A stretch of DNA of 63,909 bases, counting the filler, from Reticulomyxa filosa (taxonomy: Eukaryota; Protista; Foraminifera): assembly GCA_000512085.1 (NCBI GenBank). It is 20 parts of 20 records of this genome, joined end to end, with 100 filler letters (N's around TTAATTAATTAA, not from the genome) between each part and the next. Parts side by side here need not be neighbours in the genome. Positions count along the whole stretch, not along the records: positions 9,278 to 13,364 come from ASPP01004343.1; positions 13,465 to 16,809 come from ASPP01000954.1; positions 16,910 to 20,275 come from ASPP01003979.1; positions 20,376 to 25,011 come from ASPP01013981.1; 16 more parts are not named here. The stretch is one strand, 5' to 3'. Positions 12,901 to 23,997 of this stretch are shown piece by piece; the first letter of the stretch is position 1; every line of letters starts with the position of its first letter. The translations under genes and the position numbers were made by a program. The notes under the pieces were generated by a model. The model did no database searches and was not told the origin of the DNA. It was given only the letters and a program-made list of their open reading frames with translations.

Positions 12901-13210
12901 GAGAATCTTGTCCAACTATTTCAACGCCATCACAATATATGCTTCCAAATACGATGCCCATCCGCTATAGTCGTCTTTGTGGTTATATAGTTACACATTG
13001 TCATGAATGCAAACGTCGGACACTGTCGTTATTGGAACCACTCGTTGCCCACTTGGATCGCCAATTCGTTATTATTTTCTTCTTCAGTCTTGGACTTACC
13101 GTTGTTGCTGCAGTTTTTTTCTTTTTGCCTTGACGTCTTTCTTGCTTGCCACTATTCAATTGCGCCAAAGTCAATACAATTCAAAACTCGTTGGCTCGAG
13201 CAAATGCCAC
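9960..13210 (-). pseudogene. Heavily decayed gene of unknown family with an internal tandem duplication
   Basis: GC-richer, protein-like segments separated by AT-rich GT..AG introns, with many stops and frameshifts. Segments ~10880-11580 and ~12385-13115 are homologous. Confidence 0.55.
10880..13115. repeat. Diverged direct repeat (copy A ~10880-11580, copy B ~12385-13115, offset ~1.5 kb) containing two micro-inversions
   Basis: Collinear anchors in both copies: caaattgagcca, atatcgttgccacttt, ttccaaatac, ttcttcttcagtcttg. 11341-11378 is the reverse complement of 12843-12880 (35/38 identical); 11465-11492 is the reverse complement of 13010-13037 (25/28). Confidence 0.9.
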
Positions 13211-13464
13211 TTCCATCAACACGAACAGCCCCACTTCGGGCAAAAAATTATTTTGCGCGTTTCCGTTGCGCTTTTACGGGATATTCTCCCAATTTTTTCT
13301 TTTTTCTTTTCCTTTTTTTATGTTTTTATCTTTTTTTCTTTTTTCTCTTTTATCTTTTTTTTTTNNNNNNNNNNNNNNNNNNNNNNNNNNNNNNNNNNNN
13401 NNNNNNNNTTAATTAATTAANNNNNNNNNNNNNNNNNNNNNNNNNNNNNNNNNNNNNNNNNNNN

Positions 13465-13680
13465 TTCCGGAGATCTAGTGAATAATCATAGATTGAATCC
13501 CTTCTTTTTGATTGAATGATTGTTTGCATAATATCCAAAGATCAGATTATCCTGATTGTATTTGGTGTGAAGAAAATACTGTCGAGCATTTCTTAATGGA
13601 ATATTCGCTGTATCATGAACGATATACTCTTTTACTTGAAAGACCTGAATTTGTGCAAGTAGAAAGTGTGAATTGATGAT
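13465..13680 (+). mobile_element. 3' fragment of a non-LTR retrotransposon ORF2 (CCHC/zf-RVT-like tail)
   Basis: Translates as LNDCLHNIQRSDYPDCIWCEENTVEHFLMEYSLYHER, matching the C-x2-C...ETxEHFLxxCxxY..R tail of LINE ORF2 proteins. Confidence 0.7.
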
Positions 13681-14211
13681 GAAGCGATATAGTCCGACAT
13701 TGGCACGCTCCCATCTGAAAAAAAAATGTTACTATTCGAAAAAGTTTGTTTTCTCTTGCTTTCTTTCTTTGCTTCTTGTCTTTGCGACTTGGTCAAAATT
13801 TTGATAAAAATTCTTGCACTGGTATCTCAATAATTTTTTCTGAAATAAAACCTTCATAAATCAAAGAAAACCAAAACAAAAAAAATTTAAACAATCAAAA
13901 AAGGTGTTAAGTTATTATATTGACTTGTTTAGAAGCAAAGTAGCTCGATTTTATTTGCCATTTTTGCCTTTTGCTTATATTCTAGTTATCCGGCTGTTTC
14001 CAGTGTCTTCGTTTGGCCAGTTGATTAATTGACAGATGAGATTTTCAACTAGTATAAAAAATTTACTAGTAAGAAATTTTTTTTTAGTAGTTTGTTTCTT
14101 TAGATCTTGTCGTCCCATTTTCGCCACGAACTTTGCACACTACAAATCGTTGAAATCTTTAAATTGATTTTTCAAAATTCTTTAGATAACTGCTAGATTT
14201 TGCATTATCTA

Positions 14212-15705
14212 CAGTTGCGACAAAAAAAATTAACTACCCCTAAAATATGAACTTTTTGTGTTTCTAACGAAAATTTTAGTAGCAAGAAGTTGCTGGAAGA
14301 AAAAAATTTTCAAAAATGATTGGAAGGGTGTAATTTTCCTGTTGGACTTGCTTCACAATTTTCCATACAAAATTTTCTTTTTCAACATTCCAACAAGTTT
14401 TTTGTTTTTATTTATTCTTTGGCTTCTAGTCATGACTCACAAGCTGTCTGGAATCAACAAGAAATTTTATTTGAAAGAATATGTATGTGAATGTCGTATC
14501 GTGAGGCTGACAAGCAATTTGTGATACATCATAACACATCAAAAAAAGTTTACCTCGTCATCCTCAACAGTGGAACGATTACACGCAAAAGATGCTCTGG
14601 ATGTCCTAAAACGTATGCTGATAGAGATGATATGCTGCGAGGCGCTTTGGAGAAACACAACAACAGTAGATTTGCAGCATTACTCGCACGAACATATAAA
14701 AGAGCGTTCTCCGTGAGCACTGGAAGAACATTAAAATACCAGGGTTTAAATGGTCGCATAGCCATAAAAAGTTACGTTTAGACCAAAAGTGATTGGATAA
14801 AAGTGATTTTTCCGATGAAACGAAAATAAATCGTTTCGGAAGTGACAGAAAATAGTACATTTGGCGAAGACCTAATGAAATGATTTTCGATCGTACTACT
14901 AGCTTATTGTGAAAGGTGGTGGAGGGATTATGATGATTTGTGGGTGCATGGGGGCAAAAGTCGGTAGTGCTGCTAAAATCACAGGAACTGTTAACTCTGA
15001 ATTGTATAAAGATATTCTCGCTGACGAAATTTGGAACTCTAGTCAGTATTGTCTCGAAGAAAAGTATTATGAGGGCTTTATCTTTCATCAAGACAATGCA
15101 TCTCAAATTCAACTATGGAATTTTTGTAGAATCATCGAATAGCACTCTTAGAATATCCTCCGCAGGCCCAGACCTCAATCCAATCGAGAATCTGTGGCGA
15201 ATTATAAAGATGAAGATCCACCAAAACCATGAGGTTACATCTTTGGAGCAGCTTTTGTAGGTGTTTGAGAAAGAATGTGAAGAGATTGATAAAGATATTT
15301 GTAGAACGTTAGTATGCATGATAGGATAAAAGCTTTGACAAAGCAAGGGGTGGGCATACGAAATATTAAGAATTTTTGTAGGTGTTTTTTGTTTGTTTGT
15401 AACGGTAGTTATTATGTCTACTGTGGAAGCCTCTTCTTGTAAATAATTTTGTAAAAAGCAAATACATTCTGCTACCTACCTCAAGGTGATATCGATATAG
15501 TGCCTCAATTCAAATCATTTTTGAAAATTTTTTTCTTACAACAACTTTTCTAAATTTTTGTTTATTGTTTTTACAAACTACTTATAAAAGTGTAAACGTA
15601 TATCTAGTAAACTAAAAAAAATAATCACAATTTTCTACTAAAATTTTAGTTACAAACACAAAAAGTTCATATTTTAGGGTTGACAATTTTTTTTTATCGC
15701 AACTG
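14212..15705 (+). mobile_element. Tc1/mariner DNA transposon, full length but inactive (1494 bp)
   Basis: TA duplications at 14210-11 and 15706-07. About 70-bp imperfect TIRs starting CAGTTGCGA...CCCTAAAATATGAACTTTTTGTGTTT.TAAC.AAAATTTTAGTAG. Contains a transposase remnant. Confidence 0.95.
14432..15369 (+). pseudogene. Tc1-type DDE transposase, frameshifted with in-frame stops
   Basis: RKRCSGCP (GRP-like), W.KVIFSDETKINRFGSD, GGGIMMICGCM, FHQDNA, PDLNPIENLW, and terminal KARGGHTKY*. Confidence 0.93.
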
Positions 15706-16392
15706 TATTGCATTCATGCATAACACTATTTGAACCAAAGCAAGCTCAAATTATGATATTACCTTCACAAAACTTTAACTTTTTGATTTTGATATTATTT
15801 TCTAAGTCTTAGTTTGATAATTTTAAAAGCATTCGTTTCAATCACTCGCACAAATTTATCTTTAATTTCCCTAAAAAGAATCATTTTTTACAATCTGACC
15901 TTTGTGCCCGTTATAAAACTGAAGCTTGCATTAATATAATGTTAGCTTTTTTTTAGTCTATACAATAAAACAATTCAAAGAGCTAAACTTTAAAACTTTT
16001 TAAATTTAAAACTGTGTATGTTTCGTATGTGCTCGTCCGATTATTGTTCATTCTCATTCGACGCCTACAACATAGTATTTAAACTTTTTTGTAGCTCTGG
16101 GAATTGTAATCAAATACAAAAAAAGTGTAATCGAACATATTTCTTTTAAATTTGAATGTGTATTTCTAATTTTTAATTGCTTGTTAAACCTGAAATAAAC
16201 ATCAATTGGAATATAGTTGTTAATTTTTTTTTTAGTACATACCATAATTTGACTTACTTAAATCTAAAGATAACTAAAAGATCATCCTATTCTTTCTTTC
16301 TGATAGTAAAGTATTTCGTTTCTAAAAAAATACAGTAGTTGGTGTCTTAAAAGAAGGGGTGTTGATCTTTCGGTCAATAAATTTAGAAAATA

Positions 16393-16790
16393 ATGACAAA
16401 TTTGAATCTTGCTCCAGAACAATGGGAACGCTTGGTGAATTCGATATTACAAACAAAATCGTCGAATAAAAAGATAGATAAACAGACAGTGGACAACAAA
16501 GAAGAAAATGTACCGTCGAAAACTGGCGTCGAGAGCTACGTGCCGCACTCATCATATGTGAATTCATTTTTGACAGATGTGTGTCAATTGACAATGGCAT
16601 ATGCCTATTTTGTGAATGGAACGCACAATTTGCAGGCGACATTTGATTTATTTTTTCGCAAATGTCCTTTCAATGGCGAGTTTGCAATATTTGCAGGTTT
16701 GGACGATGCACTAAGATATCTGAATATATTTTCGTTTACAGAAAAGCAGATCGATCAATTGCAAACAAGATTTCCAGATTGGGATGCAAA
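16393..16790 (+). CDS. NAPRT: Nicotinate phosphoribosyltransferase, 5' exon (truncated by contig end)
   Basis: LTDVCQLTMAYAYF...ATFDLFFRKCPFNGEFAIFAGL...F.F...I..L matches the NAPRTase N-terminus. Confidence 0.9.
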
Positions 16791-17693
16791 GTTTTGAGAG
16801 AGGGGGGGGNNNNNNNNNNNNNNNNNNNNNNNNNNNNNNNNNNNNNNNNNNNNTTAATTAATTAANNNNNNNNNNNNNNNNNNNNNNNNNNNNNNNNNNN
16901 NNNNNNNNNTTGTCTAATTGTGTGCAAATTATGTCTTTATTTCTGATTAGATTGTTTTTTTTTACTTTCATTAATAAGTTAGTAGATGGCAAGTTTCCTT
17001 TTTCACTTTCATAAAAACTTTCCTTGTTTTTTTGTCTTTGCATTTTGGGGATTATTTAATCTCATCACATAATGAATCATTTTTTCTATTAAATAATAAA
17101 ACTATGAAAAAGCTATCTATTCCTTTTTTCCTCGTTAGTGACTGAAATTTTATATATGAAATTGTTTAATTGTAAGCATATAGAATATAATATGTATAAC
17201 TACGCGATTTTTAGTTATATTTTCACCCTAGACTCTATCTTTCTTTTTTCCAATCATTTGCATACAGGAACAAATAAAATTTTACCTAAGTGTTTCATAT
17301 AGTTGATCATATTTATTGTTATCGATCCAAACAATGAAATTTTTCCTTTCCATTGCTTGTTAAGGGTCAACTAGATTAAGAATCTGTTCTATTTTTTTAA
17401 AATTTAAGCGAAAGAAGTTTTGAACAATTCGTTTAAATAAAATTCTAACAACATGAAATGAAAAGTAGCTATTGTATGATTGATATTAATCTTCTTGTGG
17501 ATAGTAATCATTTTGTCAGTGGAACTAATATCCGAAGCATTATTACTAAAAATTGATTCAAAACGTTAAAAATTTGCTTTAAAATCAAGTTTGGTTGGAA
17601 AAAGAGTGAAAGGGAACAGCCATTCTGAGCTACCCTTAAAAAATAAACGGGTATGCAAAAGTACAAGTAAGCACAACCGTTTTTTTTTTTTAG

Positions 17694-19697
17694 TTAAGAT
17701 TCATCTTTTTCTTCGAATTCGTGTTTTGACTCATTCGTGCAGCCTTCGGATTCACCCCATTGACCATGACAAGTTTGACAAACTTGTTCACACCCACTGT
17801 CTTCATCGTTTGGTTTGTCCAATGGTACAATTGCTTTACAACATGACCAGTGTAACTTACAACCAAGGGACGGATCCAATTGATCGCAGCACGTCCATTT
17901 TTCTTTGCATGTCTTGTCAGAGCCAAAAGGTTGTTTGCAACACGAATATCGTTCCTTGCATCCCTTCGAGCCTGGTTCTCCATTGCAACATTTAAGTTTG
18001 CAACCTTTTGTTGACGCATCAGCATTGGTTTTGCAACAATTCCATCTGTCGCAGCAGCCCTCACTTTTTCATCTCCTCGACAGCACGGGTACCACTTTAC
18101 TTCTGTGCATCCGCTTTCATCTGTAGATTTCGTGCAGCTGCGACATTTTTTCGTACAGCCAATGGCTTGTGTAGATCTTTCACAACAGCTATAGACACAT
18201 TCGTATACAGCATCGGATATGCATCCACCTGAGCTCGTGCTTCGATCGCAATTCGCGCAAATACTCGAAGTCGAGGTACATGATGGATGAAACATCCCAG
18301 TACAGCCCACAACATGAGAATCGGAATAGCCATGAGAGCCTTTTCTGTCGCAACAACTGTAGCAATGATAATAATTAGAGTTGACATAAATTCCCCCATT
18401 ACACTGCCTACAATACCATGAAAACACACTTGCTATTCAATTTTTTTTGTATCAAGCAATTTCAAATTTTGTGTTCTTGTTTGACACACACAAACAAATT
18501 ACAAATAATCATTTGGATAGAGCAAATTTTTAACTTGTATGATATTCATACCAACGCAAGTCAGTACTCGAACATCGGCGGCACTCCGCAGAAGATGTTG
18601 TATTACTGTGTCGCAATTTGGTGCCTATTTGTCTTTGTCTTGTTCCTCGTGTGTGTGGTCCAAGTACGTCTCTTTACTATGCTGCATTTCACTGTGAATG
18701 GGCTTTGTCATGGAATTTTTCTGCTTGCCCGGGATGATGCAACGAATCGTCTGGATGATACCATTCCAACTTGTGACTTGGATCGTGAATTGGTTGTTTC
18801 TCGCCGGGATGCACTTGCTTTGGCTCCACTCCGTTTTTGTGTACCTTCTTTGCATCCAAGTGGCATTTAACATCATCCGAAAACCGGGGCTCTCCAACCA
18901 AGCTGCATTTTTGGCATTTCTTCTCTTCAAAATAGAGTTCTGTTGCCTGCAAGCTGTTCAACTTCTGAATTATCAAATCGTGAATTTCGTTGGAATAGAG
19001 CCAGTACTCTTCAGCTCTATCTTCAAAACCTGTTCATCGAGAGAAAAAAATTTAGGTTACTCCAAAAAAAAAAATAATGTACAAATACATATATATCCAT
19101 AAATATAACGCAGTATACGTATATGTATTCCCTACTTCTTTGCCACTTTTTTTGTTTTTTTTTTTAATTAGAACTTAGGGGCAGAATGCGTTTCGGTGCA
19201 GACTTGACCCAATCAATGTTTCTGTAGCCAATCACTGGAACTGGGATATCAGGCTTCTTGCAATACTCTTTGATTGCTGTTTTGATACCTTGGGATTCTG
19301 TTTCCAAATCAACGCTTGGCTGTTTGACGATGGCCAACACAGATTTCCAAATGTCCTTATCGATGACTCCAATATATCTTGCCTGTTTCTGCAGTGTGGA
19401 TGATTCTCGTTCGTTCGGGTTGGAGATCCATATAATCTTCATCTTTTTCACCTTAGCCTTGTACAGGTCTCTTTGCGTTTGGTTTAGCACAAACTCGTCG
19501 CTCAAGTTCTCGCTGTCCTCTGCACCAACTGTGTCAATATAGTTGTAGCCGTTGCTGCCAGTATATATTGACATCTCCGTTGTGCAAGACTTTGCTCCAT
19601 CACTCACTTTCACTTTTTCGTCACCAGTCAATAACCGAACGTGAGCTGACTTTCCAACTCCAGTGGATCCAACTAATAGAACGTAAACTTCGGACAT
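17694..19697 (-). CDS. P-loop GTPase (AIG1/Toc-like TRAFAC) fused to a His-rich region and multiple Cys-rich (W/Y)xCC...GC repeats; several 1-nt frameshifts
   Basis: G1 GSTGVGKS, G2 SCTT, G3 DTVG. Introns near 19030-19174 and at 18433-18551. Middle exon KCQKC..GEPRF...CH...HPG repeats. One extra A at ~18065 gives YPCCRGDEKSEGCCDRWNCC...KGCKLKCC...KGCKERYSCC...KWTCC...GCKLHWSCC...GC to the stop at 17694. Confidence 0.8.
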
Positions 19698-21121
19698 CTC
19701 CGTCTTTTTTTTTGTCCACTCCAATATATAAGAGAGAGAAACGTTAAGTTAAAGCCACAAACAAAAATTCTAACACTTGAGAGTGATTTACTGAAAGCAA
19801 TAATCACAAGCTTAAGTTTTATTACAAAAAAAGTAAGAAGACACAAGCAACATTTTTTTTTTTGACGGGAGAACTCACGCTCAAACAACTTCTTTTTTTA
19901 GCTATTTTTTTATATGGAATAAAGTTTAGTCTGATTTGTCCAAAGCCTTTTTGTTTTGCAATTTTATTGACTTTGTGATGAACTTCGTTTTTCGTTTGAC
20001 TTAAAATGAAACAGTTTTGCGAAAAACAAGCATACAACTTACCCTATGACAAAAAATAAAGTTTGGTGATATGGAAAAGAGCTGTCTTACGAATATACAT
20101 GTTACTTATTGCGAGTGTATGTAGGCCATTTACTTGGCTTTCCCCTTTCAAATTTTTTAATTTTATTGATTGAGATAGTCCTTTCATTTTTTTTGGACAA
20201 TGAAGAAATTTTAATATTATTAAAATTTTAATGATAATGACGACTATGATATAAAGAACGCAAATGAACATGTAGNNNNNNNNNNNNNNNNNNNNNNNNN
20301 NNNNNNNNNNNNNNNNNNNTTAATTAATTAANNNNNNNNNNNNNNNNNNNNNNNNNNNNNNNNNNNNNNNNNNNNTTTTTTTTTTTTTGTTTGTTTGTTT
20401 TTAAAATAATCCTCCTTTTTTTTTTCGGTTGTGTTCATATGTGTTACTTTTTTTTTGTCCCGTGGCAAACAAGCGTACAAAAAAAAATTTGTTTTTTTTT
20501 TTTTTTTTTTTTTGTTTCTGACACTTTATTTTCCCCTCTTGATAAAGTTGATGTGAACACATGACCGTGAAAATATTATTTTTAAAAAAAAAATGCACTG
20601 ACATGTGTTCAAGATGTTAATAACACATCGCGAGGGTAAGTAACATCGTCGGATTCGATCATTTACAGTGCTTCTTCACATTTCCACTATCTTCCTTTTA
20701 TGTTTGTGAAACAAACTGAGCTGTAAGTGGTCATTTCATTGTTTGTTTTTTCGTTTTTTCGTATGTTTCGTTTTTTCGTATGTTTCGTTTTTTTCTACGT
20801 ATTGATGTCCATTTTGAGTGTGTTTTTTGTCATATATCTCCTTTCAATCTCTTCTTTTTTTTCTTCCTTACTTATTTCTAGATTGGCTGTTATCACGGCG
20901 GTGTCTGCTTACAACAAAAAAGTGAAAACAAATAGCTTGTAAACCTTCGTGAAAATCCATGTCTGCCGAACATATTTTTTTGCTAATATTTTCTTCAAAA
21001 AAACAAAAATAAACAAATAAAGCAACTTTTAATATGGATTTTTGTAAAACAACCACGTCATTTTCAAAAATTGAGGGGGTACCATTACATTGAAACATAA
21101 TAATTGTGTATTGATTATCAA

Positions 21122-21319
21122 ATGGCGCAAGTTAATCCAATTGGCCAATTAGAGCCTACTAACCAAGAGGCCCAAGATAAGTGGAAAAAATACTTTGCGT
21201 ATGGGGTGGCCACAGTTGGGTTGATCGCTCTCGGCGCGGGCGTATATTATTATTATCACGAGCAAGAGAGTGAAAGCGAAAGTGAAAGTGAAAGTGGAAG
21301 TGAAGATGTTAAGACCTAA
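21122..21319 (+). CDS. Small single-pass membrane protein (65 aa) with (ES)n acidic tail
   Basis: ATG..TAA ORF in GC-richer sequence; hydrophobic YFAYGVATVGLIALGAGVYYYY flanked by KWKK and an acidic tail. Confidence 0.5.
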   Translation: MAQVNPIGQLEPTNQEAQDKWKKYFAYGVATVGLIALGAGVYYYYHEQESESESESESGSEDVKT

Positions 21320-21566
21320 GCAAAAAGTGTTGATATGTGCAAAAAAACGAAATGAAATAAAACAAAACAAATAATAAATTAAAAAAGGAAAAGCAAGAAA
21401 TTAAATAAAAAACAAATAGGACGAAGGTGAGATCAATTTGGGATAATATAGTTTTTCTGTTTCAGGATTGTATTTATTTTGAACAAGTGAATTTTCGATG
21501 CTTCATTGAATTTCAGACCCCTCCAAAACAAACAAACAAACAAATAAACAAACCAATAAAAATAAA

Positions 21567-22315
21567 ATGGTGCAAATAAAGGAAACAGTCCAGTATTGCA
21601 AAGACTTAAATCCAAAGTAACTTGGAAAAAGAGGGACAGAAGGAATAGCGAAGAAAACAAAGAGCAAGAGTACGATAGACGGATGAGGCGTTATCGTCTC
21701 TTGAAAAAAACCATTGCCACTCTACCCTATTGGCGTTATCGCAATGGGAAGTTAAAAGTGCATGTCATCAAGGCGATTAATCTTGAAAAAGTCGATCGCA
21801 AAGGTTTTAATGCCCCTTTTTTTTTTTTTTTTTTCTTTCTTTTCTCCGTTCCCTCCTTTCAAATAAACAATTTTTAAAAATATTTAAAACTTGAAGTGCT
21901 TATTTCCTCCCCTTTTTTTTTTCCTCCCTTTTTTTCTCTATCAAACCCCTCCCCCCCCCCTCTTGGCGTTGCTATCATTGTGTCTATAAAAGCTGAAAAT
22001 GACAGTTATGTTAAGCTGTCAGTCGGAAACCAAAAATATGTGACAAAAATCAAGAAAAATAGTAAAGATCCTCAATGGAACGAAACGTTTGAATTTGTTG
22101 TGAATGATCCTGTTCGAGAGCTACTGATTGTGAAAGTTCGACATAAAAACACAATTGGAAAAGACACACTCATCGGAGGTGTCGTGTTACTTACACTCAC
22201 AGACATCATAGATCACAATGGAGAAGAACTCAATTACAAACTGACCTTGATTGAAAAGGACGATAATCATGAAGGCTCTTACCTTGTCGTGGATCTTTTT
22301 TATAAAGAAGAATGA
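21567..22315 (+). CDS. C2-domain protein (2 exons), probable N-terminal MG myristoylation motif
   Basis: GKLKVHVIKAINLEKVDRK|AENDSYVKLSVGNQKYVTKIKKNSKDPQWNETFEF...IGKDTLIG. Intron ~21804-21992. The ATG at 21567 comes into frame (MGANKGNS) if one G is added. Confidence 0.85.
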
Positions 22316-22720
22316 AACAATTTCTTGTTTGGGGTTTTGAGTGTTGTATCTGCTTGTTGTTTCATTAACAAAGCGTTCTTTGTAAGGAAAAAAAAAAATG
22401 CTCAACGAAGTAATATGAAGCATAAGTGAATGACATTCCAACAAATTGGGAGATCATATTCAAAACACATCCATTACAACAATCAAATAACTGTTGAGTA
22501 TGTGTGTGTGACAAATAATGCCTTAAAAAATCTTTTTTTTTTTTTTTTTGATGTGTTACTCTTGCTACGTACAATAACAAATTGCTAGTCTCAAATCATA
22601 TGAAATTGTAATCAAATGTTTTACGTTTTGCTTAAACTTTGGACATTTAACACTGAGCCAAAAGTGTGTTTTGTCAAGTGGAGAGGGAAAAAAAAATTGT
22701 TTCATCGTTTTGTTGAGTTT

Positions 22721-23483
22721 TCATATTTCTTTAGGATCGTGTTGTTGCAGTATTCGCAAAAATCCTTTGTTTGGATTTACCTATTTTGTTATTGTTTTTT
22801 TGTTTTTTTTTTTACAAAAAGCATTTGTAGCTCAACCAAAACAAAGAAATCAATTCACGTGCAGAACAACAAAAATGACGAAACAATTTTTCTGGATTTG
22901 AATTCGCTTTAATGCAAGCAGCGCAGGGATTTGCAACTTCATCATCAAATAATAGATGATAATGGAAGCACTCCTTGATATGCCTTGGCGGCAATGAACA
23001 ATAACAGACCCACCGTTTTTTTTCATTAGTTCCTCGTCAATAAACTCATAACAACTTTGCAAGTATGGAACTAAATCATCCATTGCTTCCACTGTGTCGT
23101 CTATTGGGCAGTACTTCACTATCACTTTTTTGTCGTATTGACTTCTTTCTAGCTCCTCATCTAATTTTGGATGCACATCTTCGATATTCACTCCCATTGA
23201 TAACACTCGTGTAACATTGCGGCTTGTTATCACTTTTATTCCTTTTTTTTTTTTTCCAATTTGTTGATAAAGGACTCTTTTTTTTCAACTTTTCACTTTT
23301 ACCTTCAATGCCTTTCAAGGCTTCAATGGAGGTCAAGAACAAGTTCCCTCGGTTGCTGACTGGCTTGCAGGCATACACCAAATCACAAGAATCAGCGCTT
23401 GGTTGAAACCATTCATCGCTTAAAGGATGATTTAGATATTGATCATCGTTGATGAGAGTTGGATTGCGCTTATGGAACGCCAT
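22721..23483 (-). CDS. Dual-specificity protein phosphatase (3 exons)
   Basis: GNLFL..., CPIDD, catalytic VHCRQGISRSASIIIYYLM. The last exon VNPNKGFLRIL follows intron 22781-22884 and needs a 1-nt correction in an A-run near 22897. Confidence 0.9.
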
Positions 23484-23997
23484 TACTCGAAAAAAACACT
23501 CCCTCGGTTTGTCTACCTTAACAGAACTTCTTTCGTACTGTAAAATTACCAAGTTAATTTGTAACAAAGTTTTAATTTTTCATGTCTATAAGCCTTGTTT
23601 CTTGTAAGCTCGTATTTTACCAATTTTTGTTTAGTAGAATTGTCTTTGACGTTTTTGCTGCAACTTTATCACCCTTTTTTTTTTTCAAAGTTTTGATCAT
23701 TGGATTAAGTTATGATTTCTCAAATATGTAACGCTTTTAAACAACACAAAACCGAAAAAATCAATATACGAGTATAAAAGAAATTCAAAATGTGTTGCCA
23801 CTGAACAGCCGCTTAGAGTACCAGAAGAAAGAAACAAACACTAGAAAACACCAACCAAAAAAAGGAAAACAACAAAAAAAAAAGACAATATACAATTGCG
23901 GGAAAGAAAATTCAATGATAACAAAGAAACAAAAAAAGCAAAGAAGAAACAAATTAATAATAATGAGAAAGTGCAAGTTTAGTTGGCTCCGTTTTCC

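Noticed and set aside
7598-19697. Nuclease, transposon, NAPRT and GTPase as a clustered defence system
   Set aside because: They lie on different contigs separated by artificial linkers, so the adjacency is not real.
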